Assembly (NCBI RefSeq): GCF_006345805.1 | Contig: NC_043000.1 | Location: forward strand, 68,882,001 to 68,946,000 | From: Octopus sinensis | Taxonomy: Eukaryota | DNA: 64,000 nucleotides | Reading direction: 5' to 3' | Shown: one piece after another, positions 13,833-26,400 of the stretch | Numbering within the stretch: position 1 is the stretch's first letter | Layout of the letters: each line of letters starts with the position of its first letter | The notes under the pieces: model-generated | The model's database searches: none | What the model saw: only the letters and a program-made list of their open reading frames with translations | What the model was told of the DNA's origin: nothing | Program-made: the position numbers and the translations under genes

Positions 13833-15935
13833 GAATTTACAAAAAAAAATAAAGGAAGACGGGTGTGAAAACAACAAACAGATGAATTAGTTTAACGCCT
13901 GGGAAGTGAGAAAGTCTTTTACGTTTCGAGCCTACGCTCGTCGACAGAAAGGAACACAGAAATAAACAAGAAGAGAAAACAGAAAAAGGTTTGGTGGCTA
14001 GCGATCTATCATGGCGAATGCCAGACAGAGGGGTCACACAGGAGAGCTAGGAAGAAGGGGAGGTAATAAAGTAGCGATGATCCCAAAATGAAGGTGCGCA
14101 TGCGTGCGTATGTGAGAGCGTGTATGTACGTGTGGAAGGGGGCTGGTGACATTGACGTGTGCGTGTGTGCATGTGTAGGTGTATGGGAAGTAGTCAGTGA
14201 TAGTGTGTGCGCCGGTGTGGGTGCTGGGAAGTGGTCAGTGATACTGTGTGCGGGGTGGTGTGATGCGGTGTGTGTTGTAGTGGTGTGTTGTGTGGTGGTG
14301 TGGTGGTGTGTGGTGTGGTGGTGCGTAGTTTGGTGGTGTGTGGTGTGGTGTGATGGTGTTGGGGTATGGGGGAAGCGAAAGTGGGGGAAGAAAGGGTGGG
14401 GTCTAATGGATGGGGTGGGGTGGGATGTAATGTATAGGGATGGTAGGGTTGGAATGTGTAGGGTAGGGTAACGATGGAGGGAGAGGGTGGAAGGGAGAAG
14501 GTGGGTAGGTGTGAAGAGAGGAAGTAGGTGCCAGGGCAAGAGAGGAGAGGTGGGTGGGCGGAAGTAGGTGTGAAAGGAAGAGAGGAGAGAGGAGGAGGGT
14601 TAGATGAATAGAGTTGAGCCTATGTGGCGCAAAGGAATGAAGAGAGAAGATTAATCCCTGCTCACCGTGAAGACGGGAGTCCGGATGGCCCCTGTGCAAG
14701 GACAAGAGTGACCGGTAGAGTGGAAATGGCGCGAGACGGGGGTGTCGTTACCGAGTCGGATGTCTCGGAGGTGTTCCGCGAACCGGTCGGCAAAGCGGTG
14801 TCCCGTTCGACCGATGTATAAAGAGAGCAGGAGATGCAGTAGATGACGTTGCTAGAAGTGCAGGTGAAGTAGTCAGTGATATGATAGGGTCAATGATGAG
14901 TGCCTGTGAGGAGGATGATATCGGAGAGGTAAGGTAAGTGCAGCAGCGTGGGCAGGAGCAGGGGAACGAGCCGGGTGGGAGGTTGGCTTAGAGAAGAAGC
15001 TGTGGACCAGGAGGTCCCGAAAGTTGTGGGATCGTTTGAAGGAGGGGAGGAGTCGGTTAGGGAGGCTATGCGAAATGGAAAGGTTGGACTGGAGTCGCCG
15101 GAAGGCTCGAGAATGGTGTGTTAGAGAGGTAGGGTGGTGGGGTGGTATGTGAGGGGAAACGGGTGACTGCGGGGCGGATGCGGGGGAGAGAGCAGATGCA
15201 CAGTCCACAGAACGTGCTCTGGCAAGGGCGGTGTGTATAGTGGTGAGAGGATATCCACGTAGGATGAAGTGGCGAGCCATAAGTTGAGACTGAGTCTCAA
15301 AATCATGGTTGTCACTGCAGAGCCTGCATAGAGGGAGGAAATGAGAATAGAGGATGGAGAGTTTGGTGGGTTTAGGGTGGGAGAAGGAAAAGTTGAGGCA
15401 TGAGTGTGAGTCTGTGTGTTTGTAGTGGAGGGAGGTGGTGAGAGTGGAGTGAGGAGTGCTGACCGAAATGTCGAGAAAGGCGACTGAGGTGTCGGAAATA
15501 GAGCAGGAGAAGTGGAGGGCAGGATGGAAAGATTTGACAAAAGAGAGGAAAGAGTCTAAATGTTCGCGGGAGAGTGAAGTCGCACCGATACAATCACCAA
15601 TATAACAACCGTATAGTTAAGGACCAGTGAAACTTGAGAATATTTGGGCCTCAACGCAGCCAATTCTCGTTCTCATGGCCACTCCCGCGAACTGCTGGTA
15701 AAAATCACCCGCGAACGAGAAGCAGTTAAGTGAGGGGACAAGTTGGCCAGACGAAGTAGTGTGGATGTGTCAGGCTGGGGTTGGGTTGAAGGTCAAGGAA
15801 ATGCTGGAGTGCACGCAGGCCCTCCTGGTGAGGGATCACCGTGTATACACTCTTGATGTCAAAGGTGAAGAGAAGTTTAGAGGGGCCAGGAGGAAAGGAG
15901 AAAGCGTTGAACAAACGAAGAGCATGGTTGGTGTC
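13829..15935 (-). mobile_element. Penelope-like element, Neptune-type (RT C-half, Cys linker, GIY-YIG, CA-rich 3' UTR, pLTR), 5'-truncated; copy 1
   Basis: LFTFDIKSVYTVIPHQEGLRAL, GVAM, FLDISV, LYYKHTDSH.CLNFSSSHP, RGYP, linker SFPCSCPRC, NVIYCISC. The pLTR (about 13829-14050) ends in (TA)n and contains a hammerhead-like motif. Confidence 0.85.
13916..13951 (-). ncRNA. minimal type I hammerhead ribozyme-like motif (variant core CUGUCGA)
   Basis: Minus strand CUUU-CUGUCGA-C-GAGC(GUAG)GCUC-GAAAC-GUA-AAAG: 4-bp stem I, 4-bp stem II, palindromic ACGU stem III. Confidence 0.6.
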
Positions 15936-15957
15936 ATATATATATTCATTCCGTCAC

Positions 15958-15999
15958 AACTGTCCGAGGAACGGGGACGTGAAACTTTGAGCAACAGTT
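15958..15999 (+). ncRNA. hammerhead-like motif of a second pLTR family (core CCGAGGA; U16.1 is C in this copy)
   Basis: AACUGU-CCGAGGA-ACG(GGGA)CGU-GAAACUUUGAGC-A-ACAGUU: 6-bp stem I, 3-bp stem II. An identical motif occurs at 18664-18705. Confidence 0.55.
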
Positions 16000-16182
16000 C
16001 TGTGATAATTTTGCAGCTTTAATAAAAAGCATATTACTCTACTTTTGGTATTCGAATACTATTTTTTCCACCTTGTTTTGCACTTATGTGCTCACCTGTA
16101 CGTGTGTGTGTGTGTGTATGTGTGTGTGTGTGTGTGGTGTGTGTGGTGTGTGTATGTGTGTGTTTGGGCGCGCGCGCGTGTG

Positions 16183-16473
16183 AAAGCGCTTGGCCTAGTG
16201 GTTAGGGTACTGAACTCACAATCGCTAGATCGTGAGTTGGATTCCCGGACCGAGCTGTGCGATGTATTCTTGTGCAAAACACTTCATTTCCCGTTGCTCC
16301 AGTCAACTCAGCTGTAAATGGCTAACCCAACGACGGAATAGCATTCCGAACAGGAGTAATGTTGGCCGACAGCTCGACTAGCCAGCTGGGTGGTATCATT
16401 CGAAAGCTATACGATACGAAGCGCATTCTGACCAGCGATATATAACAACCTCCGATAGTCTGGTTGCTAACGT

Positions 16474-16475
<2 letters not shown>
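16183..16475 (+). mobile_element. tRNA-derived SINE (V-like core); duplicated at 18890-19182
   Basis: GGCCTAGTGGTTAGG A box, GAGTTGGATTCCC B box, then TTCTTGTGCAAAACACTT...GTTGCTCCAGTCAACTCAGCTG; ends in (TA)n. Confidence 0.75.
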
Positions 16476-16513
<38 letters not shown>

Positions 16514-16517
<4 letters not shown>

Positions 16518-18640
16518 GAATTTACAAAAAAAAATAAAGGAAGACGGGTGTGAAAACAACAAACAGATGAATTAGTTTAACGCCTGGGAAGTGAGAAAGT
16601 CTTTTACGTTTCGAGCCTACGCTCGTCGACAGAAAGGAACACAGAAATAAACAAGAAGAGAAAACAGAAAAAGGTTTGGTGGCTAGCGATCTATCATGGC
16701 GAATGCCAGACAGAGGGGTCACACAGGAGAGCTAGGAAGAAGGGGAGATAATAAAGTAGCGTTGATCCCAAAATGAAGGTGCGCATGCGTGCGTGTGTGA
16801 GAGCGTGTATGTACGTGTGGAAGGGGGCTGGTGACATTGACGTGAGCGTGTGTGCATGTGTAGGTGTATGGGAAGTAGTCAGTGATAGTGTGTGCGCCGG
16901 TGTGGGTGCTGGGAAGTGGTCAGTGATACTGTGTGCGGGGTGGTGTGATGCGGTGTGTGTTGTGTGGTGTGTGGTGTGTGTGGTGTGTGTGGTGTGTGTG
17001 GTGTGGTGGTGCGTGGTTTGGTGGTGTGTGGTGTGGTGTGATGGTGTTGGGGTATGGGGGAAGCGAAAGTGGGGGAAGCGAAAGTGGGGGAAGAAAGGGT
17101 GGGGTCTAATGGATGGGGTGGGGTGGGATGTAATGTATAGGGATGGTAGGTTGGAATGTGTAGGGTAGGGTAACGATGGAGGGAGAGGGTGGAAGGGAGA
17201 AGGTGGGTAGGTGTGAAGAGAGGAAGTAGGTGCCAGGGCAAGAGAGGAGAGGTGGGTGGGCGGAAGTAGGTGTGAAAGGAAGAGAGGAGAGAGGAGGAGG
17301 GTTAGATGAATAGAGTTGAGCCTATGTGGCGCAAAGGAATGAAGAGAGAAGATTAATCCCTGCTCACCGTGAAGACGGGAGTCCGGATGGCCCCTGTGCA
17401 AGGACAAGAGTGACCGGTAGAGTGGAAATGGCGCGAGACGGGGGTGTCGTTACCGAGTCGGATGTCTCGGAGGTGTTCCGCGAACCGGTCGGCAAAGCGG
17501 TGTCCCGTTCGACCGATGTATAAAGAGAGCAGGAGATGCAGTAGATGACGTTGCTAGAAGTGCAGGTGAAGTAGTCAGTGATATGATAGGGTCAATGATG
17601 AGTGCCTGTGAGGAGGATGATATCGGAGAGGTAAGGTTAAGTGCAGCAGCGTGGGCAGGAGCAGGGGAACGAGCCGGGTTGGGAGGTTGGCTTAGAGAAG
17701 AAGCTGTGGACCAGGAGGTCCCGAAAGTTGTGGGATCGTTTGAAGGAGGGGAGGAGTCGGTTAGGGAGGCTATGCGAAATGGAAAGGTTGGACTGGAGTC
17801 GCCGGAAGGCTCGAGAATGGTGTGTTAGAGAGGTAGGGTGGTGGGGTGGTATGTGAGGGGAAACGGGTGACTGCGGGGCGGATGCGGGGGAGAGAGCAGA
17901 TGCACAGTCCACAGAACGTGCTCTGGCAAGGGCGGTGTGTATAGTGGTGAGAGGATATCCACGTAGGATGAAGTGGCGAGCCATAAGTTGAGACTGAGTC
18001 TCAAAATCATGGTTGTCACTGCAGAGCCTGCATAGAGGGAGGAAATGAGAATAGAGGATGGAGAGTTTGGTGGGTTTAGGGTGGGAGGAGGAAAAGTTGA
18101 GGCATGAGTGTGAGTCTGTGTGTTTGTAGTAGAGGGAGGTGGTGAGAGTGGAGTGAGGAGTGCTGACCGAAATGTCGAGAAAGGCGACTGAGGTGTCGGA
18201 ATAGAGCAGGAGAAGTGGAGGGCAGGATGGAAAGATTTGACAAAAGAGAGGAAAGAGTCTAAATGTTCGCGGGAGAGTGAAGTCGCACCGATACAATCAC
18301 CAATATAACAACCGTATAGTTAAGGACCAGTGAAACTTGAGAATATTTGGGCCTCAACGCAGCCAATTCTCGTTCTCATGGCCACTCCCGCGAACTGCTG
18401 GTAAAAATCACCCGCGAACGAGAAGCAGTTAAGTGAGGGGACAAGTTTGGCCAGACGAAGTAGTGTGGATGTGTCAGGCTGGGGTTGGGTTGAAGGTCAA
18501 GGAAATGCTGGAGTGCACGCAGGCCCTCCTGGTGAGGGATCACCGTGTATACACTCTTGATGTCAAAGGTGAAGAGAAGTTTAGAGGGGCCAGGAGGAAA
18601 GGAGAAAGCGTTGAACAAACGAAGAGCATGGTTGGTGTCA
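16514..18640 (-). mobile_element. Neptune-type Penelope-like element, copy 2 (tandem duplicate of 13829-15935)
   Basis: Near-identical to copy 1. ORF 17637-18296 covers the RT thumb to the Cys linker. The hammerhead-like motif is at 16601-16636. Confidence 0.85.
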
Positions 18641-19201
18641 TATATATATATTCATTCCGTCACAACTGTCCGAGGAACGGGGACGTGAAACTTTGAGCAA
18701 CAGTTCTGTGATAATTTTGCAGCTTTAATAAAAAGCATATTACTCTACTTTTGGTATTCGAATACTATTTTTTCCACCTTGTTTTGCACTTATGTGCTCA
18801 CCTGTACGTGTGTGTGTGTGTGTGTATGTGTGTGTGTGTGTGTGGTGTGTGTGGTGTGTGTATGTGTGTGTTTGGGCGCGCGCGCGTGTGAAGGCGCTTG
18901 GCCTAGTGGTTAGGGTACTGAACTCACAATCGCTAGATCGTGAGTTGGATTCCCGGACCGAGCTGTGCGATGTATTCTTGTGCAAAACACTTCATTTCCC
19001 GTTGCTCCAGTCAACTCAGCTGTAAATGGCTAACCAACGACGGAATAGCATTCCGAACAGGAGTAATGTTGGCCGACAGCTCGACTAGCCAGCTGGGTGG
19101 TATCATTCGAAAGCTATACGATACGAAGCGCATTCTGACCAGCGATATATAACAACCTCCGATAGTCTGGTTGCTAACGTGGTATATATATATATATATA
19201 T

Positions 19202-19605
19202 ATATATTAATAAAAGGAATTCCAACCTTGTCTGATTTTCACGTTTTATTTACAATCTTATAATGATATATTATAAGATAATATATTATAATAGAATAAA
19301 ATAAAATAGTAGAATGTTAAATGTTCATTCTGATTGAACTAGTACTTTCATGCATTAAATTCTGCAATCTTCGGGTTCATGTAGTAGTGGTCAAAAATTG
19401 TGAAGCATGACTGTCACCACTACTACATGAACCTGAAGATTGCAGAATTTAATGCATGAAAGTACTAGTTCTATCAGAATGAACATTTAACATTCTACTA
19501 TTTTATTTTATTCTATTATAATATATTATCTTATAATATATCATTATAAGATTGTAAATAAAACGTGAAAATCAGACAAGGTTGGAATTCCTTTTATTAA
19601 TATAT
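19202..19605. repeat. long palindrome / foldback (MITE-like) element
   Basis: Arms 19202-19391 and 19416-19605 (190 bp each) are reverse complements with 2 mismatches found by eye; 24-nt spacer. Confidence 0.95.
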
Positions 19606-19629
19606 TCTTCTATACACAATCACACACAC

Positions 19630-19706
<77 letters not shown>

Positions 19707-20409
19707 ATATAATATGTATCTACTCGCACACACACAGACACATGTACGCGCATAAGATTGTTCAAAGTTTCACGGCGAAAAGCTTTAAAAATCTACTGTT
19801 TAGCTACTTTAAATTTATCTTTTATCTAGAACACACACTGAATTGCGTGTAAATATTATAGACAAGTTCTAGCTTGTGCATTAATTAAAATAACAATTTG
19901 CTACGACTTCTCTTCGTTATTAAAAGGATGAGTATTTGTCTTCTCACGAGTGGTTTAATGAAGCGTGAAATATAGCAGAAAAATCTTCTATATTGCTAGT
20001 GTACCAAGAGAATAACTAAATGTATATTCATCTGTTTAAAGTTTAACAACGATGGGCTTAAAAACTAGTTTAACCACAAAACCAAGTACTTCTAGGTATC
20101 TTTGCAGATCTGGTGTTACATAACTCACTGCACCTTGGATAATTGGAACAAATGAGAATCTATAATAGAAATAAATGATAATCAGATGCCTTGGCTATAA
20201 GATCTGTAGGTTTCTCTTTGGTTCTACATAGATGCTCTCCTTTTCCCTATTTTTAACAAGGCACCTACATCTGCTGGGCTGCTGATATCTACAATAATGC
20301 ACCATTTTAACTCCCTGTTCCACAGAATCATATTCGACCTGTTGTGCTTACACGGGGTTGCTGTTTTAATTGGAATGTTCTACCTGTATATTTCTGTACG
20401 TCTGTATGA

Positions 20410-21167
20410 ATTTATGTATGTATGTATGTATGTATGTATGTATGTATGTATGTATGTATGTATGTATGTATGTATGGATGGATGGATATATGTATGTATG
20501 TATGTAGGTAGGTAGGTAGTTATTATGTATGTACGTATATATGTATACGTGCAGATTTGAATGTTTTGCTTTATGTATGTCTTTTCATGCACATACTTGC
20601 ATATCTAGACATGCTCATATGTATCTATGTATTTATGTATACATGTCTGTATGTATGTACTATGTATATAAGCATGTATGCATGTATGCATGTATGTATG
20701 CACGCTTGCATGTATGCATGTATGCATGTATGTATGTATGAATGCATGCATGTAGGTATATATATGTATGTATGTTTATATACATGTATGCATGCATGTA
20801 TATATGTTTATATGTATGCATGTATGTATGCATGCTTGTATGTATGTATGCATGCATGTAGGTATGCATTTATGCATCAATGTATGTATGCATACATGTT
20901 TGCATGTATGCATATATGTATGTATGTGTGCACGCATGTATGTATGGATGTATGGATGTATGATTGCATGTTTGTGTGTCTGTATTATGCATTTATATAT
21001 GCATGCATACATATTTGTATGTGTGTAGTTATGTATGTATGAATGAATGTATGTATATATGAATGTATGTATGTATGAATTTTGTATGTACGTATGTATA
21101 TGATTATGTGTGTACATATGTATGCATGTATGTATATACGAATGCATGTATATATATATGCACGTAT

Positions 21168-21229
<62 letters not shown>

Positions 21230-21260
21230 ATATATGTATGTATGTATTTATGTATGTATG
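20410..21260. repeat. degenerate (TATG)n/(TGCA)/(TA)n array
   Basis: Directly visible. Confidence 0.9.
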
Positions 21261-21649
21261 TTTGTGCACGTGCGCCTCGCAATTTCCCTCTACTTGCCAC
21301 CACCACCCTCAGTCACAGATTGTTGGTTTGTTTGTCTTGGCTGACTTTTATATCTCAATGATAAGAAGACTCTCTCCACAGGGCCTAGGAGGTAAGTAAA
21401 CACTTCTCAGTCTTAATCCACTCCAAGTAAATGGGGCTAGCAAATAAAGAACATCTCCTCACACACGAAGCTTACCTGAGCTTAGGGTTCAGAGCTCAAA
21501 AAAAAAAGAAGAAAAAGAAAAGAAAAAAGGAAAAGAAAGAAAGAAACAAGCAACTGAAATTACCATGAACACAGCTGTAGGAATAAATAAGTAGACTTAC
21601 ACAATTTATTTTATTTTTACTTTTATCTTATGACACTACTTCGAAGACC

Positions 21650-21714
21650 ACCACCACCTCCACCACCACCACAACTACCACCTCATCACCACCACTTATA
21701 CCACCCCACCTCAT

Positions 21715-21753
<39 letters not shown>

Positions 21754-21768
21754 AATCGCGACAACTGG

Positions 21769-21800
<32 letters not shown>
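21650..21800. repeat. (CAC)n/(TAC)n trinucleotide repeats
   Basis: Directly visible; explains the poly-P/H/L ORF at 21630-21833. Confidence 0.9.
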
Positions 21801-21801
<1 letters not shown>

Positions 21802-22221
21802 AGTGGCACGTCAACGAGCGAATCTTTAAATAATGGTTCGATGTACAAGAAATAGCATCCAAATATCCCCGCTATGAAGCACACGCACCCACACACACAT
21901 ACACACACATATTACGTCTGTCTTTAAAAAAATTAATACGTTGGATAAGAAAAAATGAATGGAATGGTCACATCACCTTGAATAACACCTTGATACTCTA
22001 TCAAGGAGTTGTTTTAACACCTCACTGACCAGGTGTTAAAAAACAACCCCAACGTCAACAACAACGACTGATACTATTACCACAGCTACTGCTTTAAACT
22101 TTATCCACAAATAGCAGGCCTCGCTGTATAACTGGTAATCGTTTTTATTAACCCTCCCTTCCGGAAAGAACCAAATGCTAAATTTACTTTCACCAAAACA
22201 CACCCTACTTACCACTGTAGA

Positions 22222-22960
22222 AGGCCCCTCGAAATTTCTGGCCTTGTGCCAAAATTTGAAACTAATGATATGGACAGCAATAAAGCGGCGAGCTGGCAGA
22301 CTCATTAGCACGCCGGGTGAAATGCTCAACAATGTTTCGTCCATCTTTATGGACTCTAAACATAAAGAACACAATACAGTCTGGTGTGACTCTCTAGTCA
22401 CTGAACCATGCGCCTTCAATGTATCACAAAAAGAAAACGCAATCATTTCTGCTGAATCGCCTTAAAGTATAGGCCTGCTTGTTTAGGGCTGAACCACAAA
22501 GATCACAAACTTACAAACCAAATGATTGTTGTTCTTAATATTGGTTTTAAATTTTGGCACAAAGCCAGCACTTTCGGTTCTTATTTTATTGATCTCCAAA
22601 AGGATAAAAGGCAAAGTCGACCTTCGCGGAATTTGAAATCAGAACATAAAGATGGACGAAACACTGCTGAGCATTTCACCCGGCGTGCTAATGAGTCTGC
22701 CAGCTCGCCGCTTTATTGCTGTCCATATGATTAATTTCAAATTTTGGCACAAGGCCAGAAATTTCGAGGGAAGGGCAAAGTTGATTGCATCGACCCCAGT
22801 GTTTAAATGATACTTATTTTATCGACCCCGAAAGGATGAAAGGTAAAGTCGACATTAGCGAAATTTGAACTCAGAATGTAAAGACGGATGAAATGCCCCT
22901 AAGCTTTTCGTACAGGTGTGCTAACGATTCTGCCAACTCGCCACCTTATTGCTGTCCCTA
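22222..22960. mobile_element. cluster of tRNA-derived SINE fragments (probably Meta-domain type) in both orientations
   Basis: Head AAAGCGGCGAGCTGGCAGA..CGTTAGCACG and core CTTTGCCTTTCATCCTTTCGGGGTCGATAAA (or its reverse complement) recur here and at 27440-27960 and 48420-50850. Confidence 0.75.
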
Positions 22961-23477
22961 ATATTCTTTTCTACCCTAGGCTCAAGGCCTAAAATTTTTT
23001 TTTTGTGATGAGGGGGGGGGGACAGTCGATCAGATCGACCCCAATGCTCTTTAAACTTTATGCACAAATAGCAGGCCTCGCTGTATAACTGGTTGTAGTG
23101 TGATGGATGAAGAGGACAACAGAAAAAGAAGCAATGGGAGAAAGAAATACAAAAGGCCTTGCCTCGGCGAAATCAGCGGTCTCTCACGAATTCAACACGT
23201 CATGTCGCTTTGTCGTCTATGCTGGAACTGCCCCGCTTCCTCGCTGACCACATGTACTTCCTCCTTGACCACATCCGCTTCCTGTCACGCATGCACCCCT
23301 CAGTCTTCCGCCGGCCCCTGCAAGTCCTACTTCCGCCCAGCTCATCTGTCATCCTCTCCACCAACACCACATAGCTCATCACGTCCCATAACACCGACCG
23401 CCAACACCACACGCCACCCTGATCTACAGATCACTCAACCGGCTTTCCCACTCACTCCTCGCTCCCGAACTCACACC

Positions 23478-26400
23478 TTAACTGGTTTCATAATCAGCCA
23501 ACCAGGGAGGAGGGTGCCGTTCCCTCTGTGGTCGCAGTCCGACCCAAGGACTGGCCTTGGTTCCTGGCATGTTGCTGCTGGCTTCATCATCTTGTCTACT
23601 GTTGTTGTCTTCATCTTCTTTCCCACTGCTGCTGGTTCCATCCTCTGAGGCATGGACAATCTTCCGTATATCCAAAACGTGGCGTGGCATACCATCGACA
23701 GAGATGTTCTTCGAATTTATAGAGGTTATTGTTCCCTTTCCCCATCGTGATGTACACCGTGCGTTTGGGGGTTTTACCCAAACTTCTTCCCCGACCTGCA
23801 CGAAGGCGTGCTCTTCCTCTGCCCCGGGTCACATTGATGCAGTACACGGATGCCTCCACTCGTACCTGAATATTGCTCTGTGTGGCACCGACTCCTCAGC
23901 CTGTCCTGATCTGGGTGACATATTATACCAAAATACAGCCGCGATTGGTGAAATGTGGCCCCTCTCTGCCATGGTCTTGATGGTACGATGATGCCTTTCC
24001 ACCAACCCATTTCCACTTGGCCGGTATGCCGCCCTGAAGAAGCGGTTGACCTTCCACCCATCAAACATTTCTTTCAGCACCTCCGAGCGAAATGCAGTGT
24101 CATTATCCAGAAGCAGTTCATCCACGGGGCCTCGTTCCAGGAATATCTCATTCAATACTTTCACAATTTCCTCTACGGTCCCCATCTTCATCTCCTTCGA
24201 TATGGCCAACCGCCCCGGTCCGCAGTCAACCATTGAGAGTTATGTCCCCTGTGTGTTATGTCCACCGCCAGTCGTTTCCAGTCGTGGTCCACTGGAATAC
24301 TTCCCGCCTCATGTACGCCCGGAGCAGGGTCGATGGACTGGCACCTGTCACAGCTGCTAACCACTCTCTGCACATCGAGTCTTGTTACATCGAGTCAACT
24401 TTTCTGGCTAGGAACTATGTCCTGTCCACCCCCATGTGATGCATGGTATGCAATCTCCGCAACTCCGAATCACTCAGACGGCATACTGCAGCTACAGCCT
24501 GCTTCACATCCTCTGGCACCTGTAACCAGGCTCGCTTTACCCTGGTCAGGACGTCCGCCCTGTTCTTCTCGGAAGGCACAAATATCACGCTCAGCTTCAG
24601 ATTGAACTCAGTGGCTAGTTCACGCAGTATCCCCAATCGACGCTTTACCAGCATCTCTGCAGCCCCTTTGGTCCGCACCCTCCGCTCATTAGTGATGACT
24701 GCTGTCATCCAACCAAGTACAGTGGCTGAATCAGTTCTGATTTCTATGGTATGCAACCCACACTTCAAGGCTAGGTTCACACCCTTCAACACGGCATCCA
24801 ACTCCGCCACATTGATATGATTGCAGTCATCCGTCTTCCTGAGCCAGGCTGCATCTTCTACCATGACACCTCCCACTTCTAAGACAACCCCTATTGCGAT
24901 TCTACTGGCGTCACACCATACAATCCCGCTCATTGATTTGGGAACATACCAACTGCCCCTCACCGGGTCCTCTGCTCTTACTTTGACCAAGACTTCCTGT
25001 ATCATGTCGGTCGTCTTTTCCCCCACTCTATCGTTCCACTTCACTCCTTCAGCTCGTCTCTTGATGAAGCTACATGCTGTCCGGAACCATCCTGCAATCG
25101 GGTAGTGTCCCACCAGCTTCCCCCACACAGAGAACAGTTCCCGTCTACTCATGCTGGCGCCCAGTTCGGGGATCTCATTCCCTCGCCGGAACACCAACGC
25201 GCCGGCCTTGTCTCTCCATAGCTTGAGGCCCAGTGCAGCACCTCCCTCCATTGCCTCTTGTGGCTTGGCGATCAGTCCAAAACTATTCAGGTGGCCTCTG
25301 AGCTCCGTTGCTGGCATTACGGTTTCATCCACCAGAATATCATCAATGTACGAATTGGTGGCCTTTTTTACCCTGTCCACCTTTCCCAGGATGGCCTTGA
25401 GAATTGTTGCCATAACCTTTGACGCTGAATTCAGCCCGAACTCCAACCTGGTCAGACAGTACGTCCGGCCCTTATACCTGACAAGCTGGTACTTCCACAG
25501 TTTCTCAGCCACATGCACCTGTAGGTATGCTGACTTCAAATAAACGATCGTGGAGGCCCCTGTCATCTGCCTCCACTCTCGCAAGGTGTCTCCGCAGACA
25601 TCTGTGGCCTTGCCGCCTGTATAACATGATACGTGGTCATTCAGCTCTCGGAAGTCAAGCACTGGCCTGACCTTATGCTTTGTGGGCTATATCACCGCCA
25701 TCAGTGGCAGGACTCCGCTCTCTTCTTTTTCCCAAGGGATCAATATACCCTCCTTAATCCACCGCTTTACCTCCCCCTCGAACTCACTTCTGGCATCTCC
25801 TTTTAGAGTATGCTGATAGCAGTCCACTTTATTCTTTAACATCGGGGGCTCTCCTTTCCAGTGCCACTCCACTGTCCACCTCTGACCATCGAAGACAGCC
25901 CGAAAATCCTGGTCTTTAATGGTGTGTGCAGCATGCTTTTCCTCACGGTTGTCACCAGTGCATGGTCTCGCCATACACGGTTTCCCCGCAAACCCGAACG
26001 TTACACCGGCCTCGTTAACAGTGACACCTCCCAAACGGGTGATTGCATCCAACCCCATTATCACGTCAATCTCGTCCACCAAGTAGCCAACTACAATTGC
26101 TCGCAGCGTCAGCCTTATTCCCTGCACTACAATCTGCGCATCTGTAACACCTTCACAGTGTACTTCTCTTCCGTCGACTGCTCTTACACTGCTTTCTCCA
26201 CTCCACGTCTCTACCACTTCTGGAGTCATCAGGGTTGTCGTACAGCCCGTGTCCACAAGGTCTCGCGACATCTTCCCCTCCACCAGAATGTCGGCTACAG
26301 GTAGTGACGATAAACGCGCCTCTATTGATCCAAAGGGACAACTACCGACGCAGTAGTCTCCCTCAGTCCGTTTCCCCGCAGACATTCGCTGGCTATATGC
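23478..26400 (-). pseudogene. pol: Pol (protease, RT, RNase H, DDE integrase) broken by stops/frameshifts
   Basis: PR LVDTGC (25687-26424 frame). RT YLKSAYLQ/LTRLEFGLNSA/YIDDILV and RH WCDAS/HINVAELDAV/TDS/NRADVLTR (24415-25662). INT HHMG..CDRC, LAVDITH, LLLDND, NGLVERHHRTIK (23829-24440). Confidence 0.9.

Noticed and set aside
14009-14705. His/Thr/Pro-rich ORFs (and their duplicates at 16694-17407)
   Set aside because: Low-complexity CA-rich 3' UTR of the Penelope element; no domain motifs.
13829-19182. CRISPR-like or prokaryotic repeat array
   Set aside because: There is no repeat-spacer structure anywhere in the window; all repeats are microsatellites, SINEs or TE parts, and the DNA is eukaryotic.
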